Origin: Bacteroidales bacterium
GTDB taxonomy: Bacteria; Bacteroidota; Bacteroidia; Bacteroidales; WCHB1-69
Reading direction: 5' to 3'
DNA: 64,000 bases
Assembly: GCA_017549765.1 (NCBI GenBank)
Contig: JAFYNM010000008.1
Span: 74,733 to 138,732, forward strand
Shown piece after piece: positions 44,704-54,027 of this stretch. The notes beneath the pieces are model-generated. The model was not told where the DNA came from and did no database searches. It saw only the letters and a program-made list of their open reading frames with translations. Both the position numbers and the translations under genes were made by a program. Within the stretch, counting starts at the first letter, position 1. Each line of letters opens with the position of its first letter.

Positions 44704-46554
44704 CTATTCTACGGAGACGGATTTAGCTAAGTTTCTAGGCTTGTCCACGTCGCAACCACGAATCAAGGCGACGTGGTAGGCTAACAGCTGCAACGGCACA
44801 GAAGCCACCAGCGGGGTAAGCAACTCCTCGGTGCGTGGGATCTCAATGCAGAACTTCGACATCCCCTTGACGGTGGTGTCTCCCTCCGTGACGATGGAGA
44901 TGATGGTGCCCTTGCGTGCAATGACCTCCTGGATGTTGCTGACAATCTTGTCGTAGGTGAGCTGCTCCGTGGCAATGACGATGAGCGGCATGTGCTCGTC
45001 GATGAGCGCAATGGGACCGTGCTTCATCTCCGCTGCCGGATAGCCTTCCGCATGGATGTAGGAGATCTCTTTCAACTTCAGAGCACCTTCCAAGGCGACG
45101 GGGTAGTTGATGCCTCGTCCCAAGAAGATGGCGTTCGGGCGGGTGGCCACAAACTGGGCTATCTTCTGGATATGTTGCTCTTTGGCTAAGATGCGCTCTA
45201 TCTTCTCCGGGATGGACTCCAAGTCGTTGATCAGCTGGTGATACATGGACTTGGAGATGGTGCCTTTGCGCTGCGCCAGGCTCAAGGCCATCAGGGTCAA
45301 TACCGTGACCTGTGCGGTGAAGGCTTTAGTGCTGGCCACACCGATCTCAGGTCCCGCGTGCGTGTAAGAGCCAGCCATGGTCTCCCGCGCCAGCGTGGAA
45401 CCCACGACGTTACAAATGCCGATGACCGTGGCCCCATGACGCTTGGCTAACTCTACCGCCGCCAAGGTGTCGGCAGTCTCGCCAGACTGCGATATGGCGA
45501 TCAAGACATCGTCTTCATATAGGATAGGATCGCGATAGCGGAATTCGGAGGCGTATTCCACCTCAACCGGTATGCGGACCAGACTCTCAATCAGGTATTC
45601 GGCTACCAGTCCTGCATGCCAAGAGGTGCCGCAGGCAGCAATGATGAACCGTTTGGCATTCATCATCTTCTGCTCATATTCAATCAAACCACCCAAGGAA
45701 ACGACCTCTTTCTTCAGGTTGATACGTCCGCGCATACTGTCGCGGATGGACTTCGGCTGTTCGAAGATCTCCTTGAGCATGTAGGTCTCAAAACCACCCT
45801 TCTCAATCTGGTCCAAAGTCATCTCCAATCGCTGATAGTGCGGATTCTTGAGCAACGCATGCTCGTCGCGGATGTTGCGGATGCGGAGCGGATTCTCCAA
45901 GGAGACTACCGCCACGTCGCCATCTTCCAGATAGACGACCTTGTTGGTGTACTCCACAATGGGCGCGCCGTCAGAACCGATGAAGTACTCATTGTCTCCG
46001 ACACCAATCAGCAACGGACTGCCTTTCTTGGCCAGAATCAGCTGGTCAGGGTTGTCAACGGACAGGATGGCCAACGCATAGGTGCCCTCCACCCGGGAGA
46101 GTGCCAGCATGACAGCCTCGTCCAAGGGGATGTTGTCCTTTTGCTGCACCTCTTTGATCAGGTGGACCAAGACTTCGGTGTCGGTGTCGCTCTGAAATAC
46201 ATAGCCGCGATTCTGGAGCTCTTTCTTCAAACTAAGATAGTTCTCGATGATGCCGTTGTGGATTAATGCCAGACTATGGTCTTCGGAGAGATGCGGGTGC
46301 GCGTTCTGCTCGTTGGGCTCCCCATGGGTGGCCCAGCGTGTGTGCGCTATGCCGGCATGCGCCGACGTGTCTTTGGTTAAACAATAATCTTCTAAGTCGG
46401 AAACCTTGCCGCGCTTCTTGTATAAGGTGATGCTGCCAGACTGCATCAAGGCTACTCCGGCACTGTCATAACCGCGGTATTCCAGTCTGTGAAGACCTTT
46501 CATCAGGATGGGATAGGCTTCGTTGCTGCCTGTGTATGCCACAATTCCACACAT
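44704..46554 (-). CDS. glmS: Glutamine--fructose-6-phosphate transaminase
   Basis: MCGIV, HTRWATHG, SQSGETAD, PRNLAKSVSVE. Confidence 0.98.
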   Translation of the reverse strand: MCGIVAYTGSNEAYPILMKGLHRLEYRGYDSAGVALMQSGSITLYKKRGKVSDLEDYCLTKDTSAHAGIAHTRWATHGEPNEQNAHPHLSEDHSLALIHNGIIENYLSLKKELQNRGYVFQSDTDTEVLVHLIKEVQQKDNIPLDEAVMLALSRVEGTYALAILSVDNPDQLILAKKGSPLLIGVGDNEYFIGSDGAPIVEYTNKVVYLEDGDVAVVSLENPLRIRNIRDEHALLKNPHYQRLEMTLDQIEKGGFETYMLKEIFEQPKSIRDSMRGRINLKKEVVSLGGLIEYEQKMMNAKRFIIAACGTSWHAGLVAEYLIESLVRIPVEVEYASEFRYRDPILYEDDVLIAISQSGETADTLAAVELAKRHGATVIGICNVVGSTLARETMAGSYTHAGPEIGVASTKAFTAQVTVLTLMALSLAQRKGTISKSMYHQLINDLESIPEKIERILAKEQHIQKIAQFVATRPNAIFLGRGINYPVALEGALKLKEISYIHAEGYPAAEMKHGPIALIDEHMPLIVIATEQLTYDKIVSNIQEVIARKGTIISIVTEGDTTVKGMSKFCIEIPRTEELLTPLVASVPLQLLAYHVALIRGCDVDKPRNLAKSVSVE

Positions 46555-46612
46555 GGTTCAATGGTGATGTTTGAGTTATGAATCTTACAATAGAATGGTT
46601 AAAGGCTTGATT

Positions 46613-47920
46613 CTAATAGGTAGAATAAGAAATCTCTAGACGTAGTCGTTGGTCGTTGGAAAGCCCGGTGCCGCCAATGATGAGACGGTTGGATCTGACA
46701 CCCGAACCACGCACGACAAGGTTGACGGAATTGGTGAGGGGACTGGTGCCAGACACTAACTGCTGCACATATTTGGTGATGCGAAAACGGTATTCATGTT
46801 TGGTCGCATCATAGGTGCCACCATAGTAACTGGCACTGGTGTAATAGTCGTCATCCGGCAGATAGGTGATCTTGCCGTCCTGCTTGATGCCTTGCAAGGT
46901 CAGGTTGACAGGATGTACCAGGTATTGCTCGTCGGGAGAGAGGTCTTTGATAACCAACTCCGCCTTGTTGATGACAACCCGGTTGCCCAACGATTGGAAA
47001 GCATCTTGAAGATAAGGGAAGGTGATGACCGTCTTGACACCGCCCGAGCCTTGCACGTAGAGCGTGGAGGTGCCCTCGTTTTGGTCGCCTGCCACTACCT
47101 CCTGCAGGAAGGATGCACTCGTGGAGGCGTTGTAGTCATGACTGTAACGGGTGAAACGGACACCGTCGGAGCTGCACCCGATTTTGTATCGCAATCCCGT
47201 TTGGTCAGCATTGTGATAATATATCGTGATGCCGCTGAGCGAACTGGTCATACTGGTGAGCAAAGTATAGCCTGTGGTGCCGGTATGAGAGACGGCCGTG
47301 ATGCACAAACCCTTCAGAAAAGATGAAAAGTTGTGGTTCATCTCATATTGATGGTTGAGCAGATACTGCCCAAAAGAATTGCTGAGAGGGATGCGGATGT
47401 GTGGACTGTAAATGGCGGTGTCCACCACTACCTCTTGGTTGGGACGGATGGCATAGTCTGTCAGACTGTAGTTTAGCGGAGTGGGGTCGTAAGCCACCGT
47501 GTTGTTTTGATAATAGTTGTGTTCCTTCAATAAGGATTCCGTCAACTGATGGATACGGATGCCGACGCGGGCATTGGTGTCGCCATAATAGCTGGCCAGC
47601 TGCAAGGTGAAGATGCAGGAGTCGATGACCGGATTGGTACCGAAATTGACATTGTCGGCACTCATGGCGAGTTGCGTGTAGATGGAGGCCACTGTGGAAC
47701 CGAAGACGGGGTCGTAAAGGTGCCCCACGATGTTGCCCGACAAATTTGTGGTGTTGATGGTGTCTTCTATAATGGAATAGGCCGATACCGTAATGGTGTC
47801 CGTGAAGTCAGTGCCGATCTGGCTGATGTCGCCTAAACCTATCGGGGAGTTCTGATTGGTGCAGCTTGGGAGAAGAGTTGCGAAAAGTAACAATAAACCG
47901 AAAAGATGGAACTTGTTCAT
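46613..47920 (-). CDS. DUF4270-family lipoprotein
   Basis: LPSC lipobox, YDPVFG, VINKAEL. Lies between the glycogen synthase-like gene and glmS. Confidence 0.75.
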   Translation of the reverse strand: MNKFHLFGLLLLFATLLPSCTNQNSPIGLGDISQIGTDFTDTITVSAYSIIEDTINTTNLSGNIVGHLYDPVFGSTVASIYTQLAMSADNVNFGTNPVIDSCIFTLQLASYYGDTNARVGIRIHQLTESLLKEHNYYQNNTVAYDPTPLNYSLTDYAIRPNQEVVVDTAIYSPHIRIPLSNSFGQYLLNHQYEMNHNFSSFLKGLCITAVSHTGTTGYTLLTSMTSSLSGITIYYHNADQTGLRYKIGCSSDGVRFTRYSHDYNASTSASFLQEVVAGDQNEGTSTLYVQGSGGVKTVITFPYLQDAFQSLGNRVVINKAELVIKDLSPDEQYLVHPVNLTLQGIKQDGKITYLPDDDYYTSASYYGGTYDATKHEYRFRITKYVQQLVSGTSPLTNSVNLVVRGSGVRSNRLIIGGTGLSNDQRLRLEISYSTY

Positions 47921-48742
47921 TTATTGGGCAGTTTTGTCGGATTCTATCAGTTGATCGTAAAATTCATCGTATAAATCCACATAATTGTCATCCTCAGGAT
48001 GGAAAAGCGTCAATTTCTGCAGCTTCTCAATGTAGGTGCAAAGACGTTTGCCCGTGCCTGGCGTGACACATACCGCATCGGAATAGTCTATGGCCGTCTG
48101 GATCAACTGGTCGTAGCCTGGATTGCGGAAATGGTTGAGGTTTGCCGTCGGGATGTTCGTCTGCTGCAATTTTTTCTTGAAATTGGTCGGGAACTTCTCT
48201 GTGAAGGAGTCCGGCATGATGGAGTAAACCAACTTGCTGTTCTGGAAAAGAGGATCGTCTTTATATACCGTCTTGATGAACAAGGGCACTAAGGCGGAAA
48301 TCCAACCGATGCAATGGATGACATCGGGGTCCCAGCCTAGTTTGCGCACCGTCTCGATCACACCCTTGGCATAAAAGATGCTTCTCGAGTCGTTGTCTGC
48401 ATAAAAGACCTGGTTCTCATCGTAATAGGTGCTCTTGCGCTTGAAAAAGTCTTCACTGTCAATGAAATAAATCTGCATGCGCACGCTCTGCAACGAGGCT
48501 ACCTTGATGATGAGCGGATGGTCGGTGTCCTCAATGATGATGTTCTGTCCCGACAACCGGATCACCTCATGCAACATGTGCCGATGATCATTCACACACC
48601 CGAATTTAGGCATGAAAGTGCGGATCTCATTTTTGCGCTCTTGGATGCCCTGAGGGAGATAACGGCATATATTTGAAATGTAACCCTCTGGGAAATAGGG
48701 AAATATCTCGGAGGTCACATATAATATCTTTTTCTTCTCCAT
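47921..48742 (-). CDS. Glycogen/starch synthase N-terminal (GT5) domain protein
   Basis: KILYVTSEIFPY, RTFMPKFG, LHEVIRLSG, WDPDVIHC. Only 273 aa. Confidence 0.85.
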   Translation of the reverse strand: MEKKKILYVTSEIFPYFPEGYISNICRYLPQGIQERKNEIRTFMPKFGCVNDHRHMLHEVIRLSGQNIIIEDTDHPLIIKVASLQSVRMQIYFIDSEDFFKRKSTYYDENQVFYADNDSRSIFYAKGVIETVRKLGWDPDVIHCIGWISALVPLFIKTVYKDDPLFQNSKLVYSIMPDSFTEKFPTNFKKKLQQTNIPTANLNHFRNPGYDQLIQTAIDYSDAVCVTPGTGKRLCTYIEKLQKLTLFHPEDDNYVDLYDEFYDQLIESDKTAQ

Positions 48743-48834
48743 AAGCTATATTTTTTTCAGCCGCAAAGATAGCATTTTTTTTTTATTTTTTGGTGGCTGG
48801 AATTAAAAAAAATGTATTTTTGCCGACCCTTAAA

Positions 48835-48918
48835 GCCCAGGTGGTGGAATTGGTAGACACGCTACTTTGAGGGGGTAGTGGGAGTACTCCCGTGCAAGTT
48901 CGACTCTTGTCCTGGGCA
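48835..48918 (+). tRNA. tRNA-Leu (anticodon GAG), long variable arm, CCA not encoded
   Basis: GCCCAGG/CCTGGGC acceptor stem, GGAATTGGTAGAC D-loop, CTAC-TTTGAGGG-GGTAG anticodon arm, GTTCGACTC T-loop. Promoter TATTTTTG at 48815. Confidence 0.96.
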
Positions 48919-48924
48919 CATGAT

Positions 48925-48961
48925 AAAAGGCTCTTTATCTTGAAGATAGAGAGCCTTTTTT
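48925..48961. terminator. Bidirectional terminator between the tRNA and uvrC
   Basis: AAAAGGCTCTTTATC / GATAGAGAGCCTTTT. Confidence 0.85.
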
Positions 48962-49030
48962 GTTGTATGAGCCACGGGATATGAGCACGTGTTACCGCGC
49001 GGGGTCATGATGTGTCCGAGTGCGTTACGC

Positions 49031-50806
49031 TTAGCCGTTTTGCGCCAAATAGGCGATGAGGTCCGAAGCCCGCTTGGCACCAATCACCGCCGCCAAGGCT
49101 TCTACTGAGGCATTCTTGATGCCCGACAACGACCGGAACTCCTTGAGTAACCGCTTCTTAAGAACAGGACCAATGCCCGGTGCGTGGTCCAATGCCGAAG
49201 TCATGCTGGTCTTCGACCTCCGTTTGCGGTGGTGGGTGATGCCGAAATGGTGTACCTCGTCACGCACCTCCTGCAGCAGCCGCTGCGCCTCCGAGCGTTT
49301 GTCAATATAGACGGGCAGGTCATCCCCTACCTTGTAGATGTCTTCCAGCCGCTTGGCAATGCCCACCAGCATCAGACGGTCTTCAATGTGTAATGCCTGG
49401 ATGGCCTTGTAGGCCGCGTGCAGTTGCCCTTTCCCACCATCGATTACCACGAGGTCCGGCAAAGGCTTCTCCTCTTCCAACAAGCGATGGTAGCGCCGGA
49501 AGACGACCTCTTCCATGCTCGCGAAGTCGTCGGCCCCTACCACGGTCTTGATGTTGAAGTGCCGGTACTCTTTCTTGGCTGGCTTGCCGTCGATAAAGCA
49601 GATCATGGCAGCCACCGGGTCTTCACCCTGGGTGTTGGAGTTGTCAAAACACTCGATGTGGCGCGGCAAGGTCTTCATGCCCAACGCTTCTTTCAGCGAC
49701 TGCAATACCCGCTGGCTCCGTCTCTCCGGATTGACCAAATCCTGCCGCTTCTTCTTCTCTAACATGTAAAAATGTGCATTCCGGATGGCTAACTCCACCA
49801 GCTTTCTCTTCTCTCCACGCTGGGGCACCTGTATGTCCCACCCCTCTGGCACCAACTTTGGCATGAAAGGTACCAAAACGGTGTCAGACAATCCCTCCAT
49901 GCGGGAGGAGATCTCCAGAATGCCATTCCATAGCGTCTCCTCGCTGTCCCGCTCTATGTTGTTGCTGATCTCGATGATGTGCGCCTGCACAATGGCCCCG
50001 TCCACAATACGCAGGAAACTCACATACGCACAGTCCTCTTCCTCTTCGATGCCGAAGACGTCCATGTTGGTGAGGGATGCGCTGACTACAACCGATTTGC
50101 CGATGAACTGATGCAGGATCTCAATGCGCTGCTTCAGCTCGGCCGCTTTCTCGAATTCCCACTTCTCCGCATGCGCCATCATCTCTTCTTTCAATTCGCT
50201 GATGACCTCCTGTCGCTTGCCCTTGATGATGTCCGCTATCCGCGCGATATTGCGCTGATATTCTTCCTTGGAGATGAAACCGCTGCAGGGCGCTGAACAA
50301 CGCTTCAGCTGGTACTGCATGCAGGGTCGGTCGCTCTGTACCAACCGGCGGCACGTGCGCAACGGAAATATCTCCCGAATGGTGTCCAACAAGACATTCA
50401 TCGACTTGACGGAGGAGTAGGGGCCAAATAACTGCATGGTGGCTGGGTCGGGACGCCGGGTGGAGAAGACCCTCGGGAACTCCTCCTTGCTGATCGCGAT
50501 CCAAGGGTAGGACTTGTCATCCTTCAGCATGATGTTGTATTTGGGCTTGAACTCCTTGATCATGCTGTTCTCCAATAACAAAGCCTCCCATTCGGAGTCT
50601 ACCACGGTGGTCTGTATGTCGCGAATCTTGGTGACCAGCATCCGCACTTTGGCGGAGTCGTGCTCTTTGTTGAAATAGGAGGACACACGCCTCTTCAGCC
50701 GCTTGGCCTTCCCTACGTAGATGATGGTGCCTTTCTCGTCCAAAAAACGATAGACACCAGGCTTCTCGGGCAAGGATTTTAATATGAGACGTAGATTCTC
50801 CCGCAC
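49031..50806 (-). CDS. uvrC: Excinuclease ABC subunit C
   Basis: PGVY..IIYVGKAK GIY-YIG, IECFDNS, DGGKGQ, HhH GIGP. Confidence 0.97.
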   Translation of the reverse strand: MRENLRLILKSLPEKPGVYRFLDEKGTIIYVGKAKRLKRRVSSYFNKEHDSAKVRMLVTKIRDIQTTVVDSEWEALLLENSMIKEFKPKYNIMLKDDKSYPWIAISKEEFPRVFSTRRPDPATMQLFGPYSSVKSMNVLLDTIREIFPLRTCRRLVQSDRPCMQYQLKRCSAPCSGFISKEEYQRNIARIADIIKGKRQEVISELKEEMMAHAEKWEFEKAAELKQRIEILHQFIGKSVVVSASLTNMDVFGIEEEEDCAYVSFLRIVDGAIVQAHIIEISNNIERDSEETLWNGILEISSRMEGLSDTVLVPFMPKLVPEGWDIQVPQRGEKRKLVELAIRNAHFYMLEKKKRQDLVNPERRSQRVLQSLKEALGMKTLPRHIECFDNSNTQGEDPVAAMICFIDGKPAKKEYRHFNIKTVVGADDFASMEEVVFRRYHRLLEEEKPLPDLVVIDGGKGQLHAAYKAIQALHIEDRLMLVGIAKRLEDIYKVGDDLPVYIDKRSEAQRLLQEVRDEVHHFGITHHRKRRSKTSMTSALDHAPGIGPVLKKRLLKEFRSLSGIKNASVEALAAVIGAKRASDLIAYLAQNG

Positions 50807-50810
50807 AATA

Positions 50811-51902
50811 TTAACGAAGTGTGATGTCCTCCACTGGAGTATTCAGTAACAAATGTCCTGGATTGATGCCAGTGGTGAAACTCTTCTTGAGCTTTCCGCC
50901 TTTGTCGAACCAGTAGATCTTTCCGCTAACGGAGAAACTTAAAGCGTCACTGATGAAGACGTCGCCGTTCAACGGATTGACACAGATGCCGTAAGGTGTC
51001 TCGATCTGGGTGCCGTCGGTGATGAAGTTTTCGGAGACAATCTCATCGGTGTTCAAATCCATTACCTTGATCCAGGAATCATACGTGTAGAAGTCGTAGT
51101 GATATATGTAGGCATAATGATCGTTGATGGTGAAGTTCAGCACGGCCATGTCGTATGTCTTGACAACCTCGTCGGTCTGGGCATCGATTTTCAGGAAGTT
51201 GTAAGGTACGTCGCCATAATCGCCACGGGTGACCAGATAGACATAATGGTCGCGATAACTCTGCAAAATGCCGGGGTTGATGCCGACCTCGATCTCTTTG
51301 GTGACGCTGAACGTGTTGGGGTCTATGACGGAGACGGTGTGCCCGTAGTTGGGATTGTTGAGACCTCCGGAATTGGAAACGTATAGCTTGCCGTTGCAGG
51401 CACAGATGCCCTCGGGGTTGGGACCGGAATGGACGCTGCCATCTATCTCTAAAGTGGCGGTGTCGATCTTGACCACGTCACCGTCAAAACAGGAGACATA
51501 AGCTTTGTTATGATAGAATGCTATATAGCGCGGCTCCTTGCCGGTGAGAGCAATGGCCTTGATGGAGGTGCCGTCACTCCGCAACACTTCTAACGTGTTG
51601 GAGTTGTTGACCACGCAATAGAGTTTGGAACCATAGCGCTGCAGATCGTTGCCGGTGTCACCCAAGCCACGGCCGTTCTGCTGCAAGAAAAGATCTTGGG
51701 AGATCTCACCAGTGTCAAAATTATAGTAGGACAAGGTGCTGTTGTTCATCTGAAAAACGCCTTCGTTAAGAATGTACAAACCGTTGGCAAAACTGTCAGG
51801 AATAGGCTCCGGAGTTGGCTGGGGACGGTGACAGGAAGCACTCAGGCCGATTAATCCGACCAACAATAAAAACAGACAAGGGGTTAGGATCTTTTTCATC
51901 AT
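50811..51902 (-). CDS. YncE/DUF5074-type beta-propeller surface lipoprotein (BtuG-like)
   Basis: SASC lipobox, YILNEG, NGRGLGDTGND, KLYCVVNNS, PYGICVNP. Confidence 0.75.
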   Translation of the reverse strand: MMKKILTPCLFLLLVGLIGLSASCHRPQPTPEPIPDSFANGLYILNEGVFQMNNSTLSYYNFDTGEISQDLFLQQNGRGLGDTGNDLQRYGSKLYCVVNNSNTLEVLRSDGTSIKAIALTGKEPRYIAFYHNKAYVSCFDGDVVKIDTATLEIDGSVHSGPNPEGICACNGKLYVSNSGGLNNPNYGHTVSVIDPNTFSVTKEIEVGINPGILQSYRDHYVYLVTRGDYGDVPYNFLKIDAQTDEVVKTYDMAVLNFTINDHYAYIYHYDFYTYDSWIKVMDLNTDEIVSENFITDGTQIETPYGICVNPLNGDVFISDALSFSVSGKIYWFDKGGKLKKSFTTGINPGHLLLNTPVEDITLR

Positions 51903-52002
51903 AGATGTAGTTTTTCAAATTTTGGCAAAAATACACATTTTAAAGTCGCAAAGGCCCAGCGACAATTTTTTTGAAAAAGCCAGACGGAGAGGCCCCAAAA
52001 CG

Positions 52003-52032
52003 AAAAAAGGCGCCCCGGGGAGGGGCACCTTT
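52003..52032 (-). terminator. Terminator after rpmG-DUF4295
   Basis: AAAGGCGCCCC / GGGGCACCTTT stem with an A-run on the + strand. Confidence 0.7.
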
Positions 52033-52054
52033 CTTCAACCATGAAAACAAAATA

Positions 52055-52210
52055 TTACTTTTTAGCCAAAAAGTCTTTAACAGTGGAGGAGTCAACCACA
52101 GCTTCCTTGAAGGTGTAGGCTCCAGTCTTAGGTGAACGCTCCATTCTCACCACGCGGGTGTAAGTTACGCCACCTTCTCTTTTCAACGTTGCAACTACTT
52201 TCTTTGCCAT
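52055..52210 (-). CDS. DUF4295-family small protein (51 aa, absent from the ORF track)
   Basis: MAKKVVATLKREGGVTYTRVVRMERSPKTGAYTFKEAVV... directly after rpmG, as is usual in Bacteroidota. Confidence 0.88.
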   Translation of the reverse strand: MAKKVVATLKREGGVTYTRVVRMERSPKTGAYTFKEAVVDSSTVKDFLAKK

Positions 52211-52225
52211 CTTTACTTGATTTTA

Positions 52226-52414
52226 TTATTTAACTTCTTTGTGAATGGTCATACGTTTCAGATACGGATTGTATTTCTTCAATTCCAATCTGTCGGGAGT
52301 GTTCTTTCTATTCTTCGTGGTTATATAACGAGACATTCCAGGAACACCACTGGCTTTCTGTTCCGTGCACTCAAGAATGACTTGTTGACGTGCTTCTTTA
52401 GTTTTCTTTGCCAT
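52226..52414 (-). CDS. rpmG: 50S ribosomal protein L33
   Basis: [28 protein letters not shown]. Confidence 0.97.
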   Translation of the reverse strand: MAKKTKEARQQVILECTEQKASGVPGMSRYITTKNRKNTPDRLELKKYNPYLKRMTIHKEVK

Positions 52415-52546
52415 ATTTTTCCTTCAATTTTTAACTCGGCAAAAATACATTTTTTTTTGATACCCTGTATCGTTGCCTTTATATTTTTTATTATGGTGGT
52501 GTGTTTATTTATAAAACTCTTTAAATCAATTTATTAACTTGTTATT

Positions 52547-53560
52547 TCAGACACTCAAAAGCTCCCAAAGACGGTCTTTGAGTTCTGTTAGATGTTGGTT
52601 TGTGAGGGCTGAAATCGTAATGCAAGGCCAATATTTTGGCAATTTCGATTCGATTTTTCGTACCTCTTCTTCCGTGGTCAGATCGCATTTGGTGATGGCA
52701 ATCAGATACTGCTTGTCGAGCAGTTCCGTGTTGTATTGTCGCAATTCGTTCCGAAGGATTTCAAATTCTTTTTTGATCTCGTCAACGCTCTTGATGCCCT
52801 CTTCGGATGCGATGGGTATCATAAAGAGCAACACGGAGTTACGCTCGATGTGGCGCAGAAAGCGCAAGCCTATGCCTTTGCCTTCCGACGCTCCTTCGAT
52901 GATGCCGGGGATGTCGGCGATGACAAACGACTGAAAGTCGCGGTACGCCACCATGCCGAGGTTCGGTTTCAACGTGGTGAACGGATAGTTGGCGATCTTG
53001 GGTCTTGCATTGGAAATCTGGCTGATGAGGGTGGACTTGCCCGCATTGGGGAATCCAACGAGTCCGACGTCCGCCAGCACCTTCAATTCCAGGGAGATCC
53101 AGCCTTCTGTGCCCGACTCTCCGGGTTGCGCGAAACGGGGCGTCTGCATCGTGGCACTCTTGAAATGCACATTGCCTAACCCTCCGCGTCCGCCTTTCAT
53201 CACTACCAGCTCTTGGCCGTCTTCCAAGACCTCGCCGACCACCTCGTCGGTGTCCACCAACTTGACGATGGTTCCCAGGGGCACCTCTATGTAGGCGTCC
53301 GCTCCGTTCTTGCCAAAGCACTGGTTCTTCTGCCCGTTCTCGCCATTCCCCGCGAAGATATGCTTGGTGTAGCGCAGGTGCAGCAACGTCCACAGGTTGC
53401 GGTTCCCCTTGACGATGATGCTGCCGCCTTTGCCGCCGTCACCACCGTCCGGACCAGCCTTGGGATTTCTGGCCGTGCGCGCCAGATGCGCCGACCCGCC
53501 CCCTCCGTTTCCGGAACGGCCGAAAATCTTGACCAGATCGATGAATTGTTCTTCTGCCAT
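52547..53560 (-). CDS. obgE: GTPase Obg
   Basis: GPDGGDGG, GFPNAGKST, YPFTT, DIPG, TKCD. Confidence 0.97.
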   Translation of the reverse strand: MAEEQFIDLVKIFGRSGNGGGGSAHLARTARNPKAGPDGGDGGKGGSIIVKGNRNLWTLLHLRYTKHIFAGNGENGQKNQCFGKNGADAYIEVPLGTIVKLVDTDEVVGEVLEDGQELVVMKGGRGGLGNVHFKSATMQTPRFAQPGESGTEGWISLELKVLADVGLVGFPNAGKSTLISQISNARPKIANYPFTTLKPNLGMVAYRDFQSFVIADIPGIIEGASEGKGIGLRFLRHIERNSVLLFMIPIASEEGIKSVDEIKKEFEILRNELRQYNTELLDKQYLIAITKCDLTTEEEVRKIESKLPKYWPCITISALTNQHLTELKDRLWELLSV

Positions 53561-53590
53561 TACTTCTTTTGAATCTTAATTAGATAAAAC

Positions 53591-53616
53591 AAAAGCACTT
53601 ACACCACGGTAAGTGC
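53591..53616 (-). terminator. Terminator-like hairpin after rpsJ
   Basis: GCACTTAC / GTAAGTGC stem with a U-run on the minus strand. Confidence 0.7.
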
Positions 53617-53671
53617 CTTCGTCTTGTCGTTAATAACGCCTGCCTTATGTCCAGACGTTACGATTCCTTCA

Positions 53672-53986
53672 TCAGACCTTGATTTCTACATCAACGCCGC
53701 TGGGCAACTCCAGCTTCATCAAAGCGTCGATCGTCTTCGTCGTAGTACCATAGATGTCCAGGATTCTCTTGTAGGTGGAAAGCTGGAACTGCTCTCTGGA
53801 TTTCTTGTTGACGAAAGTGGAACGGTTGACGGTGAAAATCTTGGTGTGGGTTGGCAATGGAATAGGACCAACCAAAACGACCTTGTCGTCTTTCACACCC
53901 TCTACGGTCTTGACGATCTTCTCGGCAGACTTGTCCACCAAAGTATGATCGAAAGATTTTAATTTAATTCTGATTCTGTGACTCAT
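53672..53986 (-). CDS. rpsJ: 30S ribosomal protein S10
   Basis: [34 protein letters not shown]. Confidence 0.97.
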   Translation of the reverse strand: MSHRIRIKLKSFDHTLVDKSAEKIVKTVEGVKDDKVVLVGPIPLPTHTKIFTVNRSTFVNKKSREQFQLSTYKRILDIYGTTTKTIDALMKLELPSGVDVEIKV

Positions 53987-54027
53987 GTTGTTTGTTTATT
54001 ACGTAATAATTAATTTATTTTTTGTCT

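Noticed and set aside
48835-49030. tRNA-Leu as an integration site
   Set aside because: No integrase or duplicated tRNA 3' end was seen. A terminator and uvrC follow directly.
51903-52050. Cobalamin riboswitch upstream of the BtuG-like gene
   Set aside because: No B12-box was recognised, and the promoter element is too close to the start codon.
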